Shown here piece by piece: positions 17,591 through 27,500 of a DNA stretch of 55,292 bases. Under the pieces are notes generated by a model. That model saw only the letters and a program-made list of their open reading frames with translations. It did no database searches and was not told where the DNA came from. This DNA comes from Phycisphaerae bacterium (GTDB lineage: Bacteria > Planctomycetota > Phycisphaerae > UBA1845). The stretch is from contig JBHHUB010000002.1 of assembly GCA_046753625.1 (NCBI GenBank), positions 1 to 55,292 of the forward strand, given 5' to 3'. Each line of letters begins with the position of its first letter. Within the stretch, counting starts at the first letter, position 1. A program made the position numbers and the translations under genes.

Positions 17591-18664
17591 CTAGCGGTCC
17601 CCCCGCGCCATTTTTCCGCCGGGTAGCGCCGGATTCAGGGTCCGCGCGATTACTTGCGCCACGAGTTGGTGGCCCGAATCGCTGAAATGAATCGCATCGT
17701 GAAAGTAGGTCTTGCGGCGAGGGATGAGCCGGTCGAGGTCGACCAGCGTCACCGTGTGCCGCGCCGCGACGGTGCGGATGGCCTCGTTGTAGCGGTCGTA
17801 CGCATCATTGAGCCCGGCTAACGTCAGCGCCGGATTGTTGGCCAGGGCGGATTGCCCCAGCGTCGCCTGCGGGGTCGGCGCGGTCGGATCGCCGAATGAA
17901 CGTGGATACGTGCAGAGCACGACGTGGATGCCGCGCCGGCTCGCGAAGCGAACCATCTGATCCAGCGTTTCGGCGAAGTGGTCCACGCCGCGTTGCTCAA
18001 GGCGCCGGTCACGGTGTTGCGGCGTCAGCTCGGAGCGCACGCCCGCCGTATTGACGCGCAGCAGATTGTACAGCAGAGAATGATCGTGAAACAGGCGGGA
18101 AGGCCAAGCGGCGGATTCCCCGTGCGTTGTCGAACGGGCAAACTGTTTGCGGCATTGGGCGGTGATGTCTGCGGTTGCGGCAAGAATCGTAATGATGTCC
18201 GGTTTGAAATCCGTAACGCGGTCGTACAAAACGCGCGCGCACCGGTCGATGGTGTATCCCGGGACCGCGGCGTTGATGAAATCAAACCGAAGGGACGGTC
18301 GATTGCGGGCAAGCTGTTGCCAGAGCCTTGCCGGCCACACGGACTCGTTGTCCCGGGCTTCGAGCCCAAACGTCGTCGACTCGCCGAGGGTGGCGATCCG
18401 AATGGTTCCGGGGGGTTTTTCAAGCGGAATATCGGGTCCGCGAAACCCCCATCGATTCACGGAAAGGTTGCGCCGGTGCCCGGCAAGCACGGCTCCGGCG
18501 CGGATGCGTCGCCCCAATACGGGGTCCTCTTCGTAAATGTTCGCAACCGGCCCGGCGGCGCCATGGCGATACCACGCCCTGGCGCGTACGGACAACTCCG
18601 CTCCTCCCAGCAGCAAAGCGGTCACCAGCAGTGTCTTCAGCGTTTTGAGCCGTCGGAAAGGCAT
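17591..18664 (-). CDS. SGNH/GDSL hydrolase-acyltransferase partner (AlgJ/AlgX/PatB-like)
   Basis: Block I IATLGESTTFG and block V DAIHFSDSGH. Stop lies 2 nt before the MBOAT start. ATG 18664 gives MPFRRLKTLKTLLVTALLL; the ORF extends to 18793. Confidence 0.7.
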   Translation of the reverse strand: MPFRRLKTLKTLLVTALLLGGAELSVRARAWYRHGAAGPVANIYEEDPVLGRRIRAGAVLAGHRRNLSVNRWGFRGPDIPLEKPPGTIRIATLGESTTFGLEARDNESVWPARLWQQLARNRPSLRFDFINAAVPGYTIDRCARVLYDRVTDFKPDIITILAATADITAQCRKQFARSTTHGESAAWPSRLFHDHSLLYNLLRVNTAGVRSELTPQHRDRRLEQRGVDHFAETLDQMVRFASRRGIHVVLCTYPRSFGDPTAPTPQATLGQSALANNPALTLAGLNDAYDRYNEAIRTVAARHTVTLVDLDRLIPRRKTYFHDAIHFSDSGHQLVAQVIARTLNPALPGGKMARGDR

Positions 18665-18985
18665 GCGGTTCGTAGATGGTGCGCAGGTTGCGTCGGCGTC
18701 CGCGTGGTATCCGGCCATATTGTTTCTCGGATCCATGGGCTGCCAGATGGGAGACCCGTGAGTCTCCGGTAAGGTCATCTCGATGTCGTCCACGGCATGG
18801 GCGGCACGTTTCTATCGGACGAAACCGGCGGGCGCATGAGCCGTTCCCCTGCCCGCGCGTGCCCTGCCGGCGTGCACGGGGGTCGGGTCCGGCGGCGCGG
18901 GTCTACGCTTATCGGACTAAGTGCGGCCAACGCGAAACAAGGAACGGCTTGGTTCGTTGGGCTTCGGTCTCTCCGGCGCACCGTG

Positions 18986-19006
18986 AGATTGCCTTTAAGA
19001 TTGCCT
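18986..19006. promoter_or_regulatory. direct repeat AGATTGCCT x2 (12-nt period) in a divergent promoter region
   Basis: AGATTGCCT at 18986-18994 and 18998-19006, between the SGNH (-) and Wzy_C-like (+) genes. Confidence 0.25.
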
Positions 19007-19144
19007 CCGATAACGTCGAAAGACTAGCCGAGAAGCGCCTTTGGCGCTGTTGCGGCTTTGGCGTGGGCGTCGTCGGATGATTGCCATTGCCGCGAGGCCG
19101 CACGGGTGTCACACCCGCGCCTCGCGAATTCGATTGAGCGGACT

Positions 19145-20512
19145 ATGTGGCCACTTCGAACCATTTTCTACTTCGGGATGTTTTGGTTCGCGTGCGTGCT
19201 GGCGCTATTCAACCCGATCTGGGGCGTGCTCAATTACCTGCTGGTCTACCAGATGAATCCGGTCGACACGTGGTGGGGGATTCCGATTGCCGATTTCGGC
19301 GTTCGGTACTCGCTTTTTGCGATCGCGTTCACCCTGGCGGGGCTGTTGATCGGGCGGCGGCGCATTCCGGCCGTCTACCCGACCATCGCGCTTTGGGAAG
19401 TCGGCGTGCTGCTGCTGCTGGCCATCGCTGCGGTCAACACGGTGATCGGGATTGAATACGGCGCGGCTGCGCAGTTCGCCTTTGAAAAGTTCTGGAAGAT
19501 GTTCGTATTCGTTCTGATCCTCGCGCGCATGGTGACGACGCGTCGCAATCTGCGGTTGGTGTTGTGGGCGTTGGTTTGCGGGAGTTTCTATCTTGGTTAT
19601 GACGCGTACACGGCACCGGAATCTTCTTTTGTGACCGGGCGACTGGAGCAGATCGGCGGGGCGGACTTTTCGACCACGTCGGGTTTCTCCGCCCACATGA
19701 GCGCCATGTTGCCCATCATCGGCGTCGTGTTTCTGACCGCCACGAGCAAGCGTGCCAAGGTGGTCGTGGCGATTGTCGGAGCCTTTGCGGTCAACGCCAT
19801 CATCATGTGCCGGACCCGATCCGCGTTTATCGGTTTGGGGTTGGGCTCGTTGGTGGCGTTCTTTTGGGCACCGCGCGTGCGCCGGTTTCGTATTCACGCA
19901 CTTCTGGTTGCCGGCGCGCTGTCGGCGTATGCGTTGACCGATGGTCCATTCTGGCAACGCATGGCGACGTTGACCAGTCGTGAGGCTTTGGAGGCGGACC
20001 CCGCCGCGGAAACGCGCATCGAGATATGGTGGGTGGCGGCCCGGATTCTTGCCGACCATCCGGAGGGGATCGGGCTCGGCAACTTCCCCGTGATCATCGG
20101 GCACTACAACTGGGACTTGTACAAGCGATCTTCGCACAACACGGTGCTCGTGGCGTTTGTGGAATTGGGGGTTCACGGTGGTTTGCTGTTTCTCGTGCTG
20201 ACGATGGGTTCGCTCTCCTACGCGTATCGCTGCTCGCGTATGGCCGATCAATGCGTTTTCCCAATGGAGACCAAGATGACCGCGTACGGCATGATGGTGG
20301 CGTGCGTGACGTTCTTCGTGTCGGGGTTGGGCACGGAGCGTTTCTTTTGCGAATCGTACTGGTGGGTGCTGGTGCTGCCGCTGTGTCTGTATCGAATTGT
20401 GACGCGGGAGGTCCGCGAGCGGAGCACCGCTCCGGCGCCGATCGAAGCTGCGTCGAACGGATTCGCATTCGCACCGGGAGGCGGTTCATGTCGCGTGCTG
20501 CCCAACCTGTAA
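19145..20512 (+). CDS. O-antigen ligase/polymerase-like (Wzy_C) membrane protein
   Basis: Polytopic. RIEIWWVAARILADHPEGIGLGNF...SSHNTVLVAFVELGVHGG is the Wzy_C signature region. ATG 19145. Confidence 0.8.
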   Translation: MWPLRTIFYFGMFWFACVLALFNPIWGVLNYLLVYQMNPVDTWWGIPIADFGVRYSLFAIAFTLAGLLIGRRRIPAVYPTIALWEVGVLLLLAIAAVNTVIGIEYGAAAQFAFEKFWKMFVFVLILARMVTTRRNLRLVLWALVCGSFYLGYDAYTAPESSFVTGRLEQIGGADFSTTSGFSAHMSAMLPIIGVVFLTATSKRAKVVVAIVGAFAVNAIIMCRTRSAFIGLGLGSLVAFFWAPRVRRFRIHALLVAGALSAYALTDGPFWQRMATLTSREALEADPAAETRIEIWWVAARILADHPEGIGLGNFPVIIGHYNWDLYKRSSHNTVLVAFVELGVHGGLLFLVLTMGSLSYAYRCSRMADQCVFPMETKMTAYGMMVACVTFFVSGLGTERFFCESYWWVLVLPLCLYRIVTREVRERSTAPAPIEAASNGFAFAPGGGSCRVLPNL

Positions 20513-21723
20513 TCGTTCACGTCGTCAACACGCTTGAGGGCGGCGGCACGGAACGATCGCTGCTGTCGCTGTTGCACCGCTTCGATCCAAACCGGTTTCG
20601 ACACGTGCTCATCACCCTGCGCGAACCCGGCGCTCTGGCGAAGGACCTTCCCGATCACGTTGCCTGTTGTCCTCTCGGATGTGTAGGCCGCTCGCGGCGA
20701 GCGTGGCTTCGGCTTGCCGGGTTGATGCATCGTTTCTGCGTCGATGTGGTTCATGCCCGGAACACCGGATGTTGGATGGATACAGCTTTGGCCGCGTTCC
20801 TCCGGCCGCGTTGTCGCAGTGTGTTGGGGTTTCACGGCCTCGATTCGGGAAGCTGCTTCGGTCGACGTCATCGTCTTGTCGCCCGGGTCACGCGTTGCCT
20901 CGGTGCCCGTTTTTCAAGCGTTGCCTACTCGGGCGCATTGGCGCTGCAGACGCAGTTGGGCGTGCCGAAACGGCGGATCGACGTTCTGGTCAACGGTGTG
21001 GATCGCTGTCGTTTCCGACCGGCCACAAATGCTACGCGAATGGCGCTAAAGAGGTCGTTGGGATGCGCGCATGGGGATTTTGTGTTGGGAATGGTCGGCG
21101 CGTTGGTGCCCGTGAAAGGGCACGAACTCGTGCTGCGTGCGGTGAAGCGGTTGGTGGACGCGGGCCGGTGTGTGCGGTTGGTTCTCGTTGGTGACGGGCC
21201 GTTACGCGACACCCTGACGCGCGCGATCTGCCGCGCCGGACTCGAACGACGTGTCTTCCTGGTCGGCCGGCGAAGCGATGTTGCGGATTGGCTCGCGGGG
21301 TTGGACGGATACGTCTGCGCCAGCGTGTCGGAGGGCATGAGCAACGCGCTGTTGGAAGCCATGGCGGCGCGATTGCCGATCGTGGCGACCGACGTAGGCG
21401 ACAATCGCTTTCTGCTGCAGGGTGAGGCCGGCCTGGTTATCCCGCCGGGCAACGAGGCGGCGATGGTCGCCGCGTTGGCGCGGTTGATGGACGACTCCAA
21501 CGGACGCGCGCGGATGGCGCGCCGAGCGGGCGAGCGATGCGTCGATTTCGATTTGCGGCGGGCCGCGGCGGGTTACGAGAACTTCTATGCGCGTTTGCTG
21601 GATCATCCCATCGTTCCGGTCTCCGAGTCCGCGCGTACGATCGACGGAGCGGGTCGTGATCGTGGCACCGGTTTGCCTGCGGGCAGCCACCAGAAGATTC
21701 TGGTGGGAGGCTGTCGGTGTTGA
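20488..21723 (+). CDS. GT4 (group 1) glycosyltransferase
   Basis: ATG 20488 (MSRAAQPVIVHVVNTLEGGGTE) and EX7E region SEGMSNALLEAMAARLPIVATDVG. Overlaps the upstream gene by 25 nt. Confidence 0.9.
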   Translation: MSRAAQPVIVHVVNTLEGGGTERSLLSLLHRFDPNRFRHVLITLREPGALAKDLPDHVACCPLGCVGRSRRAWLRLAGLMHRFCVDVVHARNTGCWMDTALAAFLRPRCRSVLGFHGLDSGSCFGRRHRLVARVTRCLGARFSSVAYSGALALQTQLGVPKRRIDVLVNGVDRCRFRPATNATRMALKRSLGCAHGDFVLGMVGALVPVKGHELVLRAVKRLVDAGRCVRLVLVGDGPLRDTLTRAICRAGLERRVFLVGRRSDVADWLAGLDGYVCASVSEGMSNALLEAMAARLPIVATDVGDNRFLLQGEAGLVIPPGNEAAMVAALARLMDDSNGRARMARRAGERCVDFDLRRAAAGYENFYARLLDHPIVPVSESARTIDGAGRDRGTGLPAGSHQKILVGGCRC

Positions 21724-22104
21724 TGAAGCGCGCGCCGGTCGACGCGTTCCAACGATCTTAAGCGACTTGACCAAAAAAAAGGGTCCATGCGCGTCCGGTA
21801 ATGTCGGTGGGATGGGACCGGCCGACAGAGGGAAGGGAAAGCCCGGCTCCACCTTCGAATGGTCTCAAGAGCACTTCGAACCCGTCCGAAAGATTACCGT
21901 GCACTGAAATGTAGACGTCTGGAGACGCGTGGTGTGTCGCAGTCGCATGCGGGTTGATCGGCGGGCGAGCCGGCACACTCGGAAGCGGGTGCGCCGGGAC
22001 GAGAGTTCGACAATAAAGGCAACACGCTGGTGAATCGAGCCGACTGGAGCAACTCGGGAGCCTCTAGAGCGAACCCGACCCCAACGGGCGGGCCGCGCGC
22101 CGAC

Positions 22105-24141
22105 ATGCCACTTTGGGACGATGAGCGATCCTTCGCGGAAATCCGAAAAGTCCTCCAGGATGTTCTGCGGATCCTGGCGCTGCACCCGTGGGCGTTCTTC
22201 GTGCCGTTTTGCCTGGCGACCAGCGCCGCGTTCGTGGTCAGTCTTTACTCGCCTCGGACCTACTCGGCGTCGACCACCTTTGAGCGTCGCGACGATCCCG
22301 TGGCGTTGAGCCTGGACATTTCCACCGGCGCTGCTTCCTTTAAGTTCTTCCGCAAGACGATGGTGGAGGATCTGACATCCGTAAGGTACATGGATGAGGT
22401 TGTGGACAACCTGGGCCTTACGAAGGACTTCGAGCGCGACGCCGAGGGCAACCTGACGCCCGAATCGATCAAACGCCGGAACGGCCTCGCCCGCTCGTTG
22501 GCGAGCCGGTTAAGCATCTCCAGCCGGTCGCCGGGGGAATTCGTGGACCAGGTGACGATTCGGTATCAGGGTTCCGATCCGCACATCGGCAGCCGCCTCG
22601 TCGAAGAGGTCAAGAACACTTACATCCGTCGCAGCCGCGAATGGATCCGCAATCATCTGGTCGGCCAGCGCGATTACTTCCAGCAGCAAGTAAGCGCGGC
22701 GAACCGAGAGCTGGTCGACGCCCGGCGCGCGTCGACGAAGTTTCGAATCGAACACCCCTTGCTCGACCCGTCCGATCCGGGATCCGTCAATGTTCGGCTG
22801 GCGCAATTGGAAAACGAGCGGAAGCGTCTACTGCTGCGTCAAAAGGAGCATGAGGCCGATCTGCTGGCTCAAAAGCAACTGCTGATGGCGTTGGATCCGA
22901 AGCTCATCGCTCCCGTTGAATCCGATTCCGAAGAGCCGGTCGGTCGTGCGCCGGTGAGCGCCGAATCGCTGCACCTGGCCGAGGAAATACGCAAGACCGA
23001 ACAGGCGATCGTCGAGCTTCGCGCGACCCGAGGGATGACCTGGCAACATCCCCAGGTTGCCGATCTGGTTGCCAAGAAAGAGCAGCTTACAACCCAGCTC
23101 GCCGAGCAACGCAAGTGGGATCGGGAGCACCTGGAGCCGGACACGGTCGGCGGCATGCTGAGCGGGTCGGGTGTCTTGCGGCAGGTGGCCACGTTGCCGG
23201 TGCAAATCGATCGAGCGATTGCGGCGGGGAAGGTGGCGACGATCGAAAGCAAGCTTGCGGATATTTCCGAGCAGTTGGCCGTCAACAAGCAAACCAGTGA
23301 GAGGCTCCTGGCGGCCAAGCAGAACATCTTTGAAAACCAAGAGGAATTGGCGCAGGTTCGCGATCGCGTCAACCGGGCGCGGGCCGAAGCCACCAAACTT
23401 CAGAACACGTTGGCCAAGATCAATCCCGCGATCGAGGCGACCGATCATGATCGACTGGTCAATTTTACGTCCGGACCACGCGCCCAGGCCAGCGTACTGC
23501 CCATCGCTCCCAAGGCCAACAACATCGTTTTTCTTTCGCTGGTGATTGGGGTTGCGGCGGGCGTGTTGTTTGTGATCCTGGCGGAGATTTTGGATCACGT
23601 TTACCGCAGTGCGTCTCAGGTTGCGAGCAGCCTGGGGGTGCCGATTTTGGACAACATCGACGAAATCGTGACCACGCAAGATCGCCGCCGGCTATTGGTT
23701 CAGCGGATGGTCGTGGCGCCCATGGTGCTTGGCGGAGGGTTGGTGCTCACGACGCTCTCGGGCGCGATGGCCTACCTGAGCCTCGGGCAACCGGCCGCGT
23801 ACGCGAAGCTGCGGCGGATTCCGCAGGCGGCGATCGAGCTTTTCGCCGGCGACATCGGCCAGTCGCCGCGTCCCAAGTTGGTACCCTTCCTCATGGAGGC
23901 GCCTGAGTCGGCTGAGCCCGGTCCGGTCGCGCCCTCTCCCGAGCCGATCGAACTGCCTGAGTCCGTCAACTCGGAAAGGGACTTGGAGCCCGCGGACGAG
24001 GATCGGGCTGCGAATCAAGGCGAGCCGGCCACTGCCAATACTGAAAAGACGGTTGCCAGCGCCGAAGAGATCCTCACTGAGGCGGAACAAACGGTCGCCA
24101 ACGCCTCACTGCGCTTGTCCGGGGCATCCACCGGAGGCTAG
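22105..24141 (+). CDS. polysaccharide co-polymerase (Wzz/GumC-like), no kinase domain
   Basis: N-terminal TM + Wzz region (FVVSLYSPRTYSASTTFE), a long coiled-coil, a second TM (IVFLSLVIGVAAGVLFVILAEILD) and an acidic tail. No Walker A/B. Confidence 0.8.
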   Translation: MPLWDDERSFAEIRKVLQDVLRILALHPWAFFVPFCLATSAAFVVSLYSPRTYSASTTFERRDDPVALSLDISTGAASFKFFRKTMVEDLTSVRYMDEVVDNLGLTKDFERDAEGNLTPESIKRRNGLARSLASRLSISSRSPGEFVDQVTIRYQGSDPHIGSRLVEEVKNTYIRRSREWIRNHLVGQRDYFQQQVSAANRELVDARRASTKFRIEHPLLDPSDPGSVNVRLAQLENERKRLLLRQKEHEADLLAQKQLLMALDPKLIAPVESDSEEPVGRAPVSAESLHLAEEIRKTEQAIVELRATRGMTWQHPQVADLVAKKEQLTTQLAEQRKWDREHLEPDTVGGMLSGSGVLRQVATLPVQIDRAIAAGKVATIESKLADISEQLAVNKQTSERLLAAKQNIFENQEELAQVRDRVNRARAEATKLQNTLAKINPAIEATDHDRLVNFTSGPRAQASVLPIAPKANNIVFLSLVIGVAAGVLFVILAEILDHVYRSASQVASSLGVPILDNIDEIVTTQDRRRLLVQRMVVAPMVLGGGLVLTTLSGAMAYLSLGQPAAYAKLRRIPQAAIELFAGDIGQSPRPKLVPFLMEAPESAEPGPVAPSPEPIELPESVNSERDLEPADEDRAANQGEPATANTEKTVASAEEILTEAEQTVANASLRLSGASTGG

Positions 24142-24300
24142 TGCTGCGTTACACCCTAATCTATGGGTTGTCGCTGCCCGAGCCACCGGAATCGGGCGCG
24201 CGAATCAGAGCCCACCGCGCTAGCGGTGGGACCGGTCCGAGGGCTGGTGCCAGCCGTTCTGATCCGTAACGAACCCGAAAGTTTAGGTGTGTCAAAGCAC
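24141..24300 (+). mobile_element. 160-nt MITE-like element, copy 1
   Basis: Reverse complement of 33870-34029 (12 mismatches, 0 gaps by manual alignment). Imperfect terminal inverted repeats. Internal hairpins CCCACCGC-GCTA-GCGGTGGG and GGCTGG-TG-CCAGCC. Confidence 0.7.
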
Positions 24301-24565
24301 GAGCGAGGCGTTTCCAGTCTCGCCCGATAATCACCTCGAAAGAGACCTCCTTTCGCCTGCCGTGGGTGGTCCGCCGGCCGGCGCCTGCGGCCGTGAAACG
24401 GCGCGAGCGTTCCGCCCGAAATGCCGGCGAAATGCCCAGACCGCCCTGTCTGATTTGCTCCGCCCTCCGCATTGCGGTACACTTGAGGTGATCACTTGCT
24501 CGCACGGATGTGAGCGCAGGCCAAGGATCGGCGGTCCGCTAAGGGCACAAGGAGGTTGCCAGCCG

Positions 24566-27500
24566 ATGTTCCTTAAGAGAATCACCCTATCTGGATTTAA
24601 GAGCTTTGCCGACCGCGTCGACCTGGACTTTGGCCGCGGGGTCACCGGTATCGTTGGGCCCAATGGATGCGGCAAGAGCAACGTGCTCGATTCGCTGAAG
24701 TGGGTACTCGGCGAGCAATCCGCCCGATCCCTGCGCGGCAGCCAGATGGTTGACATGATCTTCAGCGGCTCCGCCACGCGCCGAGCCAGCGGCGTGGCTC
24801 AAGTGAACATCGTGTTTGGAAACGACGATCGCTCGTTGGCCATGGACCATGATGAGGTCGTCGTCACCCGCAAGCTCTACCGATCCGGTGAAAGTGAATA
24901 CCTGCTCAACAACGAGTCGGCCCGGCTGAAAGACATCCGGGAGCTGTTCATGGACACCGGCGTCGGCGTGAATGCGTATTCGGTTATCGAACAGGGGCGC
25001 GTCGATGCGCTCCTGCAAAGCAGTGCCTCCGAGCGGCGCACGATTTTTGAAGAGGCCGCCGGCATCAGCAAGTACAAATCGCGTAAGAAAGAGGCGCTGC
25101 GCAAGCTGGATCGGACCGAGCAGAATCTGCTACGCGCCGAGGACATCATTGAAGAACTTCAGCGCCGACTTCGAAGCGTCAAACTGCAAGCGGGTAAGGC
25201 ACGCAACTATAAGGAGTATGAGGCCAGGCTGAACGAATTGCGATCGACGTTCGTGATGGCGGAATACCATCGGTTTGCTCAGGACGCCGCGCGGCGTCAG
25301 GAGCAATCGCAGGAACTGTCCGATCAAGTGACGCAATTGGAAACGCAAATCGCGCGGATCGAGGCCGAGGACGCTCGCGGTCTGGTTCAGCTCGATGAGC
25401 TGTCCGAGCAGGTTGCCTCGACCGCCAACGCTTCCGTGTCGAAGCGGTCGCTTCTGGCGGCGTTGGAGGAACGCGTCGAGGCGGCGCAGCACCGCATCGG
25501 GGAGCAGGAAGCCCTGTTGGAGCGGTCCCGCCAAAGGCAGAAGGCCGATCAAGATCGTGTGCAGCGGAACCAGGAGGACTTGGAGGCTGTTTCCGTAGCC
25601 GCCGAGCAGTTCGTCGAGCAGATCGAGCGCAATCGTGCGGATATCGACGGCATGAACGAACGTGACGCCGATCTGGCACGGAATCTGGCGGAGTTGCACG
25701 CCGAGCTTGAAGAGGACAAGTCGGCCATCCTCGACGTGTTGCGAAAAAGCGGGCAGGTTCACAACGAAATCGCACGGCTCAACTCCCACCGTGAATCGGC
25801 TATAGCCCAGAAAGGGCGGCTGTGTGAACGGGATGCGAAGATCACCAGCGAACTGCAGATGCAACTGGAGACTCAGGCCGAATTGCGGCGTGAGGCATGC
25901 AGCCATGAGGTCGCGCTGGGCGCGCAGGAGCAATCGCTCGAGGAACTCAAGGGTCGGGCGTCGCGGGTTAATGCGGATCGCCAGGAACTCGTGGATCGGG
26001 CGGCCGGGCTCAAGGAGGATCGCAGCGCGTTGACCTCGCGTCGGGATGTACTCCTGCAACTTCAGCGAAAGCGGGATGGTGTTGGTGAAGGCGTACGGCA
26101 GTGGCTGGCGGCGATCCATGCGGATGAATCCACGGGGGACGAAGGGCTCGGTCTGCTCGTGGCGGATGTGTTCGATGCGGACGTGCCTCATGCCCACCTG
26201 ATCGAAGCCGTGTTGGGCGAGCGGGATCAGTATTTGGTGGCGGAAAAAGCCGATGCGTTCTTGGAGCGGGCTCGCTCGCTCGGGCTTCTGGACGGCCGGA
26301 TCAACGCGATCTGCCTCGACCGCATCGGGCCCGTGGTCAACGAGCGGGATTTCTCCGCCGAACCCGGCTTCGTTACGCGGGCGCTCGATCTCGTCCGCGT
26401 GCCTCCTGCGTACGCGTTTCTCGCACGGCATCTGCTGGGCAAGACCGTGGTCGTGGAGGACATGCCATCGGCCATGGCGATGGCGGCGCACGATGTGGCG
26501 GGGCATTGCTTCGTTACGCTGCAAGGTGAGCTGATCAAGGCCGACGGCAGTATCGCCCTGGGGCCGCATCGGGGTGGGACCGGGTTGATTTCTCGTAAGA
26601 GTGAGCTGCGGGAAATCGAAATGCAACTGGCGTTGGTGGACCGTGAGTTGGAGGAACTGACCGGGCGGCTCACCCGGAATCAATCCCAAGCCAACGAGTT
26701 GGAACAGGCGCAGCGGACGCTGCGATCAGCGATTCATGAGTTGAACACCAAGCAGGCGGACGTCGGCGCTCGGCTGGCGAAGGCGGCCGAGGCGATCGAC
26801 CGGCTCAGCGGCGAGAAGCCGTTGATCGATCGGGAAGTTGCTCTTATCGACCAGCAGGTCGAGGAAGTGCTGGCCAAAAACGAGGCGCGATCGCGCCAGT
26901 TGGAAGCCCTCGAACGCGAAAGTGAATCGCTCGAGGCCAAGGTCGCGGCGCGGCAGGCTCGGATCGAGGAAGTGGAAGGCCGCCGATCCAGCATGCAGCA
27001 GGCGCTGACCGAGTTGAAGGTGGCCCAGGGCCAACTCTCAGAAAAGCGCGCGACGGCCACGGAGCGGGTGAACGCGCTCAAGCAGTTGGCCTTGGAGCTT
27101 CAAGAATCGGTGGAGGCCGCGCAGCACGACATGGAGCAGGCGGGCTCGCGTATCGAGGAGGCACGCCGCACGGTTCAAACCGGATCGCAACAGCGCACGG
27201 CGCTGGCCGCCGAAATCGCAACGTTGGACGCCCGGGCGGACGAGCTTCAGGAAGCCCAGGCGCAACTGCGGTTGGAAACGGAAGAACGCCAGGCTCAACT
27301 TAAGGAGGCACGCGGGCGGCTGCATGTCAGCGAAGAATCGCTGCATGAGTGTCAGATGGCGTTGGCGGAAACCAACGTGCGCAAGGAGGAGCTTGTTGCG
27401 CGGGTGGCCGACGAACTGAATATCGACCTGGTAAGCCGGTACGAATCGTATCAATACGAGGAGCAGGATTGGGAGTCGATCGAGCAGGAGATCGGCCAGT

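Noticed and set aside
20026-20487. N-terminal 154-aa extension of the GT4 ORF, and similar long 5' extensions of smc (24287), lexA (5057), GT2 (14812), GT-C (14556) and DUF423 (11827)
   Set aside because: The extensions overlap upstream genes or repeat DNA and lack homology-like sequence. Internal starts with SD-like sites give canonical N-termini.
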